64,000 nt of DNA from an uncultured Prevotellaceae bacterium (GTDB taxonomy: Bacteria; Bacteroidota; Bacteroidia; Bacteroidales; Bacteroidaceae). The DNA lies in the NCBI GenBank assembly GCA_902774815.1, contig CACYJV010000002.1:16373-80372 (forward strand), given 5' to 3'. The notes under the pieces are model-generated. The model worked only from the letters and a program-made list of their open reading frames with translations. It did no database searches and had not been told where the DNA came from. Shown piece after piece: positions 1 through 8,454 of this stretch. The position numbers and the translations under genes were made by a program. The stretch's first letter is position 1. Each line of letters starts with the position of its first letter.

Positions 1-1212
1 AAGCACTTGTTTTTCGGGCACATAGCCGAAGTCTACATGCTGGAAGTCAACATCGCCCAGAACCTCTTTAGCCGCAACATTTTCATCCGTCATCCACTTC
101 CCCTCATCCATCGTCACGGTTCCGTCGTCCACCTCTGGTTCAGCGTCCATCAGTCGGAACACGCGCTCGGCACCCACCGAAGCATTGAGCACCGAGTTAA
201 TCTGCTGCGACACATGCGAGATAGGCTGCGTGAAACTCTTGTTCAACTGCAGAAAAGCGACAATTGTGCCGAGGGTAATTGAAAATTGGTAACCGAAAAA
301 TGAAAAATGCCCAAGAGCCAATGAGGCTCCCACCACAGCGATGAGCACATAGCCCAGCGTGCCGAGATTGCCGTTGACGGGCATCACAATGCTGGCAATG
401 CGGTTAGCATTACAAGCCGACGAGCGCAGCTGTTCGTTGATGCGCTCGAAATCGTCAATAGCCTGCTCTTCGTGACAGAACGTCTTCACCACCTTCTGTC
501 CCGTCATCATTTCCTCGATGAAGCCGTTTACACCCGCCAGTGACTCCTGCTGAGTGCGGAAGTAGCCCCGCGACCACGAACCGAGTTTTGTCGTTGCGAT
601 GGACATCAGCACGGCAATGAAGATACTCACGAAGGTAAGAGGCATGCTGAGCACAATCATCGACGTGAAGGTGACGACGATGGTGATGAGCGAGTTGAAC
701 ACCTGGGCCATACTCGTAGAAATGACTTGCCGCAGCGAATCGACGTCGTTGGTGTAGGTCGACATCATCTCGCCGTGCGAATGGGAGTCGAAGTAGCTCA
801 GCGGCAATCGTTCCATACGCTCAAAGAGTTGCTTGCGCAGTCGCAACTGAGTGCCCTGCGAGACGTAGATCATCAGCCGGTTGTAGGTATAGGAGCAAAT
901 GACGCCCAGCAACAGCACGAGACCGAGTTTGAAGAGGGCTTGCAGCAACGAGGTATACTGGGGGTTGTCGACCTGCGTGAGCGGCACCACGTAGTCGTCG
1001 ATGAGCGTTCGTGTGAAGAGCGTCGATGCCAGCGAGGTGACCGACGATATGGCAATGCACGCCAGCACCGTCAGCACCAGCCACTTGTAGTGCTTCATCA
1101 CCAGCCGAAGCAGTCGAAGCAGAGTCGACCGCTGTTCCTTGCTCATTTTCTGGAAGCCTGCCTGAGCCCGTGGCCCAGGTCCTCCGTTTCTGTTGAAATT
1201 AGGTTGCCGCAT
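1..1212 (-). CDS. ABC exporter, fused permease/ATPase subunit (N-terminal part only; gene continues past window start)
   Basis: Missing from the ORF track because the frame stays open to position 1. My minus-strand translation from ATG 1146 reads MSKEQRSTLLRLLRLVMKHYKWLVLTVLACIAISS... with an MsbA/MdlB-type multi-TM domain. An in-frame ATG at 1212 would add 22 aa, so the start is ambiguous. It lies directly downstream of the paralogous ABC gene 1300..3129, a heterodimer layout. Confidence 0.8.
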   Translation of the reverse strand, partial: MRQPNFNRNGGPGPRAQAGFQKMSKEQRSTLLRLLRLVMKHYKWLVLTVLACIAISSVTSLASTLFTRTLIDDYVVPLTQVDNPQYTSLLQALFKLGLVLLLGVICSYTYNRLMIYVSQGTQLRLRKQLFERMERLPLSYFDSHSHGEMMSTYTNDVDSLRQVISTSMAQVFNSLITIVVTFTSMIVLSMPLTFVSIFIAVLMSIATTKLGSWSRGYFRTQQESLAGVNGFIEEMMTGQKVVKTFCHEEQAIDDFERINEQLRSSACNANRIASIVMPVNGNLGTLGYVLIAVVGASLALGHFSFFGYQFSITLGTIVAFLQLNKSFTQPISHVSQQINSVLNASVGAERVFRLMDAEPEVDDGTVTMDEGKWMTDENVAAKEVLGDVDFQHVDFGYVPEKQVL

Positions 1213-1220
1213 TATGTTGA

Positions 1221-1254
1221 TTGACGATTTACGGATTGACGATTTTACGATTTA
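1221..1254. repeat. Short (T)TGACGATT / TTACGATT tandem tract
   Basis: ttgacgatttacggattgacgattttacgattta. Same unit type as the trpS leader, located just upstream of candidate start 1212. Confidence 0.65.
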
Positions 1255-1299
1255 TTTGAGTGTTGCTACACGCCGAGCAATGGAGGGCGCTGCGGCTAA

Positions 1300-3129
1300 T
1301 CAGCCCCCTTTGGGGGAGGAATTGGGATGAGGCCCATCAAAGTCACCGCTGCCCATGCTCTGCAGATCGTTCACCTCGCGATAGAACTGGTTGCTCTCGA
1401 GCAGACGCTCATGCGTATCGAAGCCGGTCACGTGACCGCCCTCCATCACGAGGATGCGGTCGCAGTGCTGTACTGTTGAGATGCGTTGTGCGATGATGAT
1501 CTTCGTCATGCCGGGCAACTGCGAACGGAACGCCTGCTGAATCTTCCGGTCGGTGTCCGTATCGCAAGCTGATGTGGAGTCGTCAAGGATGAGTATCTTG
1601 GGGCGGCGCAACAGGGCGCGGGCGATGCAGAGGCGCTGCTTCTGTCCGCCGCTGACGTTCGTTCCTCCTTGTTCGATGTGGGTGTTGTATTGCTGGGGCA
1701 TCTCCATGATAAAGCCATCAGCCTGAGCCATACGACACGCTTCGCGACATTCTTCCAACGAGGCGTCGCCCCTGCCCCAGCGCAGATTGTCGAGTATCGT
1801 CCCCGTGAACAGCGTGTTCTGCTGCAACACCACAGCTACGGCCTGACGCAAGGTCTTCAGGTCGTACTCTTTCACGTTGCGACCGCCCACACTGACGGTC
1901 CCCTGACCTACATCGTAAAGACGACTGATGAGGCTGATCAACGTTGACTTGCCCGAACCCGTACCGCCAATCACGCCGATGGTCTCGCCCGAAGCAATGC
2001 TGAACGTGACGTTGAAGAGAGCTGAGCGACGGGAGGAAGAAGCCCCTCCCCCTTGCCCCTCTCTTTGAGGAATGGGAGCAGAATGCCCTTCTGCTTGTTT
2101 CGATTGATAGTCGAACCTCACACCGCAGAACTCCACCCGGCCATCCTCGACCTCCATCACGGGGTTCTCGGGGTTCACGATGTCTGGTTCCTCGTTGATG
2201 ACCTCGCAGACTCGCTTGGCCGATGCGGCACTCTGCGTCAGCATGACGAAGATCATCGAGAGCATCATCAGCGCCTGCAGTATCGACATCACGTAGGTGA
2301 AGAGCGACGTCAGTTCGCCTGTGGTCAGCGTACCGCCCACGATGAAGTGGGCACCCCACCACGAGAGGGCTATCATGCAGCCGTAGACCACCATATTCAT
2401 CACGGGGTGGTTCAACGCCATCAGGCTCTCGGCCCGCACATACAGCTTGTACAGAGCCTCGGCAGCACGGGCAAACTTCTCGTTCTCGAACTGCTCGCGC
2501 ACAAAGGCCTTCACCACCCTGATGCCGGCCACATTCTCCTGCACGCTCTCGTTCAGGACGTCGTACTTCTCGAACACCTGTTGGAACAATCGCGACACGC
2601 GCGAGATGATCTGCCACAGCGACACGCCCAGCACCAGCATCGCCACGATGAAGATGAGCGACAGCCGCGGGTCGATGACCAGACACATTACCACCGACAG
2701 CACCAGTCGGAACGGAGCACGAACCGTCACGCGCAATATCTGCTGGAAAGCCTGCTGCAGGTTCTGCACATCGGTCGTCATACGCGTCACCAGACCCGAT
2801 GTAGAGTACTTGTCGATGTCGGAGAACGCAAAGCGCTGAATGTTTCTGTACATCGCCTTGCGCAAGTTGGCTGCAAAGCCCGTAGATGCCACAGCCGAAC
2901 TTCTTCCTGCCATAATGCCCAGCGCCAGACTCACCAGCGCCAACAGCAGCATCAGCCCGCCGTAGCGGTAGACCTGAGCGATGTCGCCCGCGTTGATGCC
3001 TTTGTCGATGAGCGATGCCGTCACCCAGGGGATGAGCACGTCCATCACCACCTCAGCAGCTGTGAACAGGGGCGTAAGCACCGCTGCCCACTTGTATTGT
3101 CCTATTTGTCGGTAGAGCGTCTTCAGCAT
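1300..3129 (-). CDS. ABC exporter, fused permease/ATPase subunit
   Basis: 609-aa ORF with an N-terminal multi-TM domain, Walker A GGTGSGKST, signature VSGGQKQR and Walker B ILILDD. It carries an atypical Gly-rich insert before Walker A (see findings). Confidence 0.9.
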   Translation of the reverse strand: MLKTLYRQIGQYKWAAVLTPLFTAAEVVMDVLIPWVTASLIDKGINAGDIAQVYRYGGLMLLLALVSLALGIMAGRSSAVASTGFAANLRKAMYRNIQRFAFSDIDKYSTSGLVTRMTTDVQNLQQAFQQILRVTVRAPFRLVLSVVMCLVIDPRLSLIFIVAMLVLGVSLWQIISRVSRLFQQVFEKYDVLNESVQENVAGIRVVKAFVREQFENEKFARAAEALYKLYVRAESLMALNHPVMNMVVYGCMIALSWWGAHFIVGGTLTTGELTSLFTYVMSILQALMMLSMIFVMLTQSAASAKRVCEVINEEPDIVNPENPVMEVEDGRVEFCGVRFDYQSKQAEGHSAPIPQREGQGGGASSSRRSALFNVTFSIASGETIGVIGGTGSGKSTLISLISRLYDVGQGTVSVGGRNVKEYDLKTLRQAVAVVLQQNTLFTGTILDNLRWGRGDASLEECREACRMAQADGFIMEMPQQYNTHIEQGGTNVSGGQKQRLCIARALLRRPKILILDDSTSACDTDTDRKIQQAFRSQLPGMTKIIIAQRISTVQHCDRILVMEGGHVTGFDTHERLLESNQFYREVNDLQSMGSGDFDGPHPNSSPKGG

Positions 3130-3135
3130 ATTTGT

Positions 3136-3180
3136 AGTTTCAGGGTTCCTAGTTCCGAGTTTCTAGTTTCAAGTTTCAAC
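3136..3180. repeat. 8-nt periodic tract (AGTTTC-nn) in the leader of the ABC exporter gene
   Basis: agtttcagggttcctagttccgagtttctagtttcaagtttcaac. In mRNA sense this is GAAACT-nn repeats ending 6 nt before ATG 3129. Confidence 0.75.
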
Positions 3181-3182
3181 TG

Positions 3183-3190
3183 CAAAAGTA
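3183..3190 (-). promoter_or_regulatory. Candidate -7 box TACTTTTG for the ABC exporter operon
   Basis: Plus-strand caaaagta. The periodic leader repeat fills the space down to ATG 3129. Confidence 0.4.
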
Positions 3191-3226
3191 CAAAATTTAT
3201 ACGAAAAAGGACTGTCGAAACAGAAT

Positions 3227-3234
3227 TATTTTTG
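3227..3234 (+). promoter_or_regulatory. Candidate -7 box TATTTTTG for 3285..6047
   Basis: Motif match 51 nt upstream of the ATG. Confidence 0.4.
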
Positions 3235-3284
3235 TAACTTCGCGGCCTAAATCTATCTTAATTGTAATTTTCAAATACTGCCCC

Positions 3285-6047
3285 ATGAAGCAAAATGCCC
3301 TGACGACATTCATCACGATTGCTCTTCTGCTGTGTTCCCACCTGTCAGCCACAGCCCAGTCCGACGTCACCGACCAATATTTGACGAATGCCGGATTTGA
3401 CAACACTGCAGATTTTGTAAGTTCAATTGTTTATACCTATGCCAACGATGCAAACGCCAACGGCGGCGTGAGCAGCTGCCAGCCTGTCAGCCATTGGACC
3501 GCCGATGCCACTGGCGATGCAAAGGCGGGCGGAGTTTTCGGCTTTGGCTCAGGCTACGGGCTCTCGGGTGGCGGCTACGTGGTGCCCGATGCCGATGCCG
3601 AGGGCAACGACTCGGGCGGCGCACTGGGCTTGGCCACCTGCTGGTCGGCCAGCGTAGGCTACAGTCAGCCCGTCACCCTGCCGCAAGGGCTGATCCGAAT
3701 CTCGTTCATGGTCTACAACGCGGGCACCAACATCATTGCCAACTATTCAAGCACGATGGGCTTCATCGCCGACGATGGCACTGAACACTACGCCGACGTT
3801 GACTTCTACAGGGGCGAATGGACAGAAGCTGTCGTCTATCTGAACCTGCCTTCGGCAACAAGCGGCAAGATTCATCTGGGCTACACCTGTGCCAACGTGG
3901 GCTCAGCGGCTTCGCCAAAGCTGTTTGTCGACTACGTGAAGATTGAGCAGCTGCCTCGTGGATATATGGCCGACGACATGACCAGTCTCATCGACACAGG
4001 CGGCTGGGGAGGTTCTGACAACTACACTGCCGAGGGAGTGACCGCCCGTGAGGTGTTCCAGTGGGGCGCCAGCCTACCCACCGGACGACAGTTGGGGCAG
4101 CAGCTCACGGGACTGCCCGACGGTCTCTACTCGCTGACGATGCTGGTGGGAGTCTCGAGTACGTCGGGACGCGACAACGTCAACAACGTCCTCTCCGAGG
4201 GCAGCACCGCCTACGCCTCGCTTCATGCCAACGACCGCCATCACGGCGTGCCAGCCTACAATCGCGAAGCATTGAGCAAGTTCGACCGCATCACGCTGAA
4301 CGACATCGCCGTGAGCAACGGCACACTCGACATCTGGCTGAACCAAGACCAGACGGGACCTAACTGGCTCACCTTGCAGGTGCAGTCGCTGAAGTGCGTC
4401 AGGCCGATTCCTTCCGAACTGTTCTACACCATCGGCGACGTCAACGAGGACGGGGCGATCACCATTGCCGACGTGACGGCACTCGTCAACGTCATTCTGG
4501 GTAAGAGCTACGTCGGCAAAGAGCATCTTGCCGACATCAACGAGGACGGCAGTATTACCATTGCCGACGTGACGGCACTCGTCAACATCATCTTGGGCAA
4601 GGCCGAAGCCAAGACCATCGACCTGACTTGGAAGTATTCCAAACTGGATGCTATGGTCTATGCCCGCCAGTCAGCTCAGGAGAACGCTGCAGGTGCTGCC
4701 TACATGCTCCGCAAGGCCGTCAGCACGCTGACGGGTGCCGACGTGTCGGCTCTTTACGACATGACCGACGTGGTGACCACGCTGAACATTTCGACCAGCC
4801 TCGCCGATGTGACCAGTGTGAGCATCTTCGCTCTCGACAAAACCGCCATCGCTGGCCCCATGACTGTCAACCGGCGCGGCGACGAACTGCTCTATGCCTA
4901 TTCCGCCGGCAATGCCACAAGCTACGCCAGCAGTCAGGAGAGCGACGTCGTCAGCGTGAGGGCCGACGGTGCTGAAGGCACCTACACAGCTTATCTGCGA
5001 CCTGTCAGCCTGCAGCAAGGTGTGAAGGTGACCATCCAGACTGCCGACGGCCGTTTCTACAGCCAAGACTTCACCGACATAGCCGTCGGTCGGCCGAATG
5101 CTCTGACCTTCACGCAGACCACAGCGCAGAACCTCTGGCTGTCGACCATTCCCGGCAACGTGCCTTTCACGTTCCTCAGCCTGCCCGGCGCACACGACGC
5201 GGCCACAAAGGGAATGGCAGCCAACACCACCGAATGTCAGAGCCTGTCCATTGGCGAACTGCTTGCCTCGGGCGTGCGTTCGCTCGACCTCCGGCCTTAT
5301 GCGACCAGCAGCACGACGGCCGACAACATGTACATCTATCACGGATCGTTGCGAAGCAACGTGCTCTTCAAGACGGCTCTCAGCGACGTCGTCTCGTTCC
5401 TGAGCGCCCATCCTTCGGAAACCGTGTTCATCCTGATGCACGAGGAGGACGACAACAGCCTCGACGCCTGGCGCAGCGCCGTACTTGCCTGCCTGCAGAA
5501 CGTGGCCGACCACATCAAAGTCATCGACAACAACATGACGCTCGACGACTGCCGCGGGAAGATGGTCGTCATCTCGCGCGACAATGTGGCAGCCACCAAC
5601 CTCTGCGGCAAATGCGGCTGGGGCAGCAGCTTCAACCCCAAGACCGTGTTCAGGGGCAGCGACTCCAACGGCACCACCCCGTGGACGCTGTACTATCAGG
5701 ACGAATACGCCTATTCGAGCGACTACGCCTCCTCACGCATTGCCAACATCGAGAAACTGCTCACCGACCACATCGTGCCCAACGAGACGAACCCCAACTT
5801 CATCTACGTGAACACGACGAACGTGGCCTACAGGATCCTCAACTCCGGCAGCTACATCAGGACCACTGCCCCCGTCGTCAACCAAGCCATCTTGGACTCA
5901 CAGGTGTTCACGAACTCCACGGGCCGCTGGGGCATCGTCTCGTCCGACTATATGGCCGACAGCACCTACAAGGGCGACCTGCTGCTGCGAGCCATCGTCA
6001 ACCAAAACTACAAGTACGTCTTCAAGGGCCGCTCGCGTGTGGAGTAG
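3285..6047 (+). CDS. Secreted multidomain protein: unknown N-terminal region, two dockerin-like repeats, C-terminal PI-PLC X-domain-like phosphodiesterase
   Basis: Signal peptide MKQNALTTFITIALLLCSHLSATAQ. Tandem repeats DVNEDGAITIADVTALVNVILGK / DINEDGSITIADVTALVNIILGK at nt 4434-4601. The C-terminal pattern LPGAHDAAT...RSLDLR...IYHG is typical of bacterial PI-PLC-like catalytic domains. Confidence 0.7.
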   Translation: MKQNALTTFITIALLLCSHLSATAQSDVTDQYLTNAGFDNTADFVSSIVYTYANDANANGGVSSCQPVSHWTADATGDAKAGGVFGFGSGYGLSGGGYVVPDADAEGNDSGGALGLATCWSASVGYSQPVTLPQGLIRISFMVYNAGTNIIANYSSTMGFIADDGTEHYADVDFYRGEWTEAVVYLNLPSATSGKIHLGYTCANVGSAASPKLFVDYVKIEQLPRGYMADDMTSLIDTGGWGGSDNYTAEGVTAREVFQWGASLPTGRQLGQQLTGLPDGLYSLTMLVGVSSTSGRDNVNNVLSEGSTAYASLHANDRHHGVPAYNREALSKFDRITLNDIAVSNGTLDIWLNQDQTGPNWLTLQVQSLKCVRPIPSELFYTIGDVNEDGAITIADVTALVNVILGKSYVGKEHLADINEDGSITIADVTALVNIILGKAEAKTIDLTWKYSKLDAMVYARQSAQENAAGAAYMLRKAVSTLTGADVSALYDMTDVVTTLNISTSLADVTSVSIFALDKTAIAGPMTVNRRGDELLYAYSAGNATSYASSQESDVVSVRADGAEGTYTAYLRPVSLQQGVKVTIQTADGRFYSQDFTDIAVGRPNALTFTQTTAQNLWLSTIPGNVPFTFLSLPGAHDAATKGMAANTTECQSLSIGELLASGVRSLDLRPYATSSTTADNMYIYHGSLRSNVLFKTALSDVVSFLSAHPSETVFILMHEEDDNSLDAWRSAVLACLQNVADHIKVIDNNMTLDDCRGKMVVISRDNVAATNLCGKCGWGSSFNPKTVFRGSDSNGTTPWTLYYQDEYAYSSDYASSRIANIEKLLTDHIVPNETNPNFIYVNTTNVAYRILNSGSYIRTTAPVVNQAILDSQVFTNSTGRWGIVSSDYMADSTYKGDLLLRAIVNQNYKYVFKGRSRVE

Positions 6048-6153
6048 TTGGGCCGTCGAGTCGTTCCCGTTGCTTCACTTCACCGTCAGCCAGACGGCTA
6101 TTGCCACAACGCTCGGCGTGACCTCGTGCATGGGGGCGTTGTAGAGACAACAA

Positions 6154-6199
6154 AAATCGGAAAGAAATGATGCCAATGACGGTCGTTTCTTTCCGATTT
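6154..6199. terminator. Bidirectional hairpin between convergent genes (3285..6047 and trpS)
   Basis: Perfect 14-bp stem aaatcggaaagaaa / tttctttccgattt with an 18-nt loop. Confidence 0.6.
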
Positions 6200-6268
6200 A
6201 ATAGCCTGGTGCCAAACACAACGGGCAGGCGCAGGAGGATAAAGCCTCATCCCGTCATGACGTTTTGC

Positions 6269-6297
6269 GCGGGCAGACACGGGAGTCTGCCCCTACG
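6269..6297. repeat. REP-like palindromic element, family 1 (GGGCAGAC-acggga-GTCTGCCC)
   Basis: gcgggcagacacgggagtctgcccctacg has an 8-bp stem and 6-nt loop. Identical to the two copies at 63010 and 63049. Confidence 0.8.
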
Positions 6298-6321
6298 CGT
6301 GGGCATGGCTCCTCCTCCCTT

Positions 6322-7407
6322 TTACTTCCTTGCGAAGCGCTCGGCCTGCTGGCGGATGAGTTCCTGATCGTTGAAGTAGTCGATCTGCATGGCGCGGCGC
6401 ACTTCGTCCATCGTCTGGGCTGCAGTTTCGCGGGCGCGCTCGGTGCCTCGGCGCAGGATGTTGTAGACCTCGGGGATGTCCTGCTCGAACACGTGGCGGC
6501 GCTGGCGCATGGGCTCGAGGAACTGGTTGAGCACCTGGTTGAGGAACTTCTTGCACTTCATGTCGCCCAGGCCACCGCGGCGGTAGTGGTCCTTCAGCTC
6601 GTCGAGGTTCTTGTACTCAGGCCAGAACTCGGCAAAGTGGGCATCGGTGGAGAAAGCGTCGAGATAGGTGAAGACGGCATTGCCCTCGACGTGTCCCGGG
6701 TCGTTGAGGTTGATGTGAGTCGGATCGGTATACATGGAGCGAACCTTCTGCCACACCTCGTCGGCGGGGTCGCTGAGGTAGATGCAGTTGCCGAGCGACT
6801 TCGACATCTTCTCCTTGCCGTCGGTACCGGGCAGTCGGCGTGCCGTGAGGTTCTCGGGCAGCAGGATTTCGGGCTCGACAAGCACCTCGCCATAGATGTT
6901 GTTGAAGCGGCGCACGAGCTCACGCGTCACCTCGAGCATGGGCTCCTGGTCTTCGCCTGCGGGCACCGTTGTGGCCTTGAACAGGGTGATGTCGGCAGCC
7001 TGCGACACGGGGTAGCAGAAGAAGCCCAGCGGTATGTTGGCCTCGAAGTTGCGCATCTTGATCTCGGTCTTCACCGTGGGGTTGCGTTGCACGCGGCTGA
7101 CGGTGATGAGGTTCATCAGATAGGTGGTGAGCTCGGCGAGCTCAGGAATCTGACTCTGGATGAAGAGTGTGCACTTCTCGGGATCGAGGCCGGCAGCAAG
7201 GTAGTCGAGTGCCACCTCGATGATGTTCTGACGAATCTTCTCGGGGTTGTCGGCATTGTCGGTCAGCGCCTGCACGTCGGCCATAAACACGAACATCTTT
7301 TCGTAGTCGCCGGCGTCCTGCAATTCGACGCGACGGCGTAGCGAGCCTACGTAGTGGCCCAGGTGGAGACGACCTGTTGGGCGGTCGCCTGTGAGGATTA
7401 CTTTCAT
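6322..7407 (-). CDS. trpS: Tryptophan--tRNA ligase
   Basis: 361 aa. Class I aaRS HIGH-type motif ([11 protein letters not shown]) and KMSKS motif. ADVQALTDN and SQAADITLF are TrpS-like. Confidence 0.8.
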   Translation of the reverse strand: MKVILTGDRPTGRLHLGHYVGSLRRRVELQDAGDYEKMFVFMADVQALTDNADNPEKIRQNIIEVALDYLAAGLDPEKCTLFIQSQIPELAELTTYLMNLITVSRVQRNPTVKTEIKMRNFEANIPLGFFCYPVSQAADITLFKATTVPAGEDQEPMLEVTRELVRRFNNIYGEVLVEPEILLPENLTARRLPGTDGKEKMSKSLGNCIYLSDPADEVWQKVRSMYTDPTHINLNDPGHVEGNAVFTYLDAFSTDAHFAEFWPEYKNLDELKDHYRRGGLGDMKCKKFLNQVLNQFLEPMRQRRHVFEQDIPEVYNILRRGTERARETAAQTMDEVRRAMQIDYFNDQELIRQQAERFARK

Positions 7408-7496
7408 TTACGATTTATGGATTTACGATTTACGAATTTACGATTATACGATTTACGATTATACGATTTACGATTATACGATTATACGATTTACGG
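7408..7496. repeat. 8-nt microsatellite-like tract (T/A)TACGATT x about 11, abutting the trpS start codon
   Basis: ttacgatttatggatttacgatttacgaatttacgattatacgatttacgattatacgatttacgattatacgattatacgatttacgg. The sequence begins the nucleotide after ATG 7407. Confidence 0.85.
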
Positions 7497-7527
7497 ATGT
7501 CACAGTTGTTTCAACCACGAAGGGTAA

Positions 7528-7566
7528 TCATCAACTATAAACTATCAACTATAAACTATCAACTAC
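7528..7566. repeat. 8-nt tandem tract AACTAT(C/A)A x about 4.5
   Basis: tcatcaactataaactatcaactataaactatcaactac. It overlaps the stop codon of 7563..8324. Confidence 0.8.
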
Positions 7567-8324
7567 TCCTTCTCCATCTCAACACCGTTGTAGATGATGC
7601 ACTGTCGCTTGGGGTCGACCTTGCGGTGCTCGACCTCCTCGCTGCCCTCGAACTTGCAGTAGAGACGCTTCTTCTTGTAGAAGAAGGTACCGCGACTAAT
7701 CTGGCCGCCCGACTCCTCGGAGATCTTGTTACCACGAATGATGATGACCACATAGCCGTCGTCGAGATCGGTGCGCCAAGTGCCCTGAAGCCAGTCGGGA
7801 ACGGGCTCGGCTCCTTCGACGAGGAAGGGCTCGTAGTCCTTGACGATGGCCTCGTCGCCAAACTCGGTGAGCGACTCGTTGATGCCCTGCTCGATCATGG
7901 CCTGCTTGTAGCTGCGCTCACCGAGGCAGTTTCGCACGATGAACACGGAAACGATGAACAACAGGAGGAAGCCGATGAGACAACCGCGCATGCAGGAGCG
8001 CATGTTCATTGGGTTGTTCTGACGGTCGGCGGCAGACATGGGGCGACGACCGCCCTGACGCATCCCGAAGATGTCGGCGGGTCGGTCGGCCTGCGGAGTT
8101 CGTTCGGTTGATGCCGATGCGGCAGGCATCGTGTCTGTCTCGTCAAGGGCCTCAGCAGCAGGAGCAGACGGGGCCTCGGTCTCCTCTGGGGAAGGCTCAA
8201 GGGCGTCGCTGACCTGATACATGAAAGGCGTGCCGCAACGGGGGCACACGCAGGCTACCTCGTTGATGCCTTCATCGACGGGTGTATCGAACTTAAAGCG
8301 GCATTTGGGACACTTTACGATCAT
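7563..8324 (-). CDS. Zinc-ribbon membrane protein (unknown function)
   Basis: N-terminal CPKC...CPRC zinc ribbon, an acidic/Pro-rich linker, one TM helix (CLIGFLLLFIVSVFIV) and a roughly 120-aa C-terminal domain. Confidence 0.6.
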   Translation of the reverse strand: MIVKCPKCRFKFDTPVDEGINEVACVCPRCGTPFMYQVSDALEPSPEETEAPSAPAAEALDETDTMPAASASTERTPQADRPADIFGMRQGGRRPMSAADRQNNPMNMRSCMRGCLIGFLLLFIVSVFIVRNCLGERSYKQAMIEQGINESLTEFGDEAIVKDYEPFLVEGAEPVPDWLQGTWRTDLDDGYVVIIIRGNKISEESGGQISRGTFFYKKKRLYCKFEGSEEVEHRKVDPKRQCIIYNGVEMEKE

Positions 8325-8341
8325 CTATGGTTGTTTTAATT

Positions 8342-8430
8342 GTTGGCTGTTGGCCGTTAGCCGTTGGCTGTTGGCTGTTGGCACTGGGACAAATCAATTT
8401 TCAATTCTCAGTTTTCAATTTTCAATTTTG
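8342..8430. repeat. Two adjacent microsatellite-like tracts (GTTGGCT x about 6; CAATTTT(C) x about 4)
   Basis: gttggctgttggccgttagccgttggctgttggctgttggc (8342-8382) and caattttcaattctcagttttcaattttcaattttg (8395-8430). Both lie in the leader of 7563..8324. Confidence 0.8.
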
Positions 8431-8454
8431 CGAAGCAACCATGTTGCTTGCAAT

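Noticed and set aside
6269-6297. REP family-1 hairpin as the intrinsic terminator of trpS
   Set aside because: On the minus strand the hairpin is followed by gcaaaacg, not a U-tract. The 14-bp hairpin at 6154-6199 is a better terminator candidate. I keep the element as a dispersed repeat.
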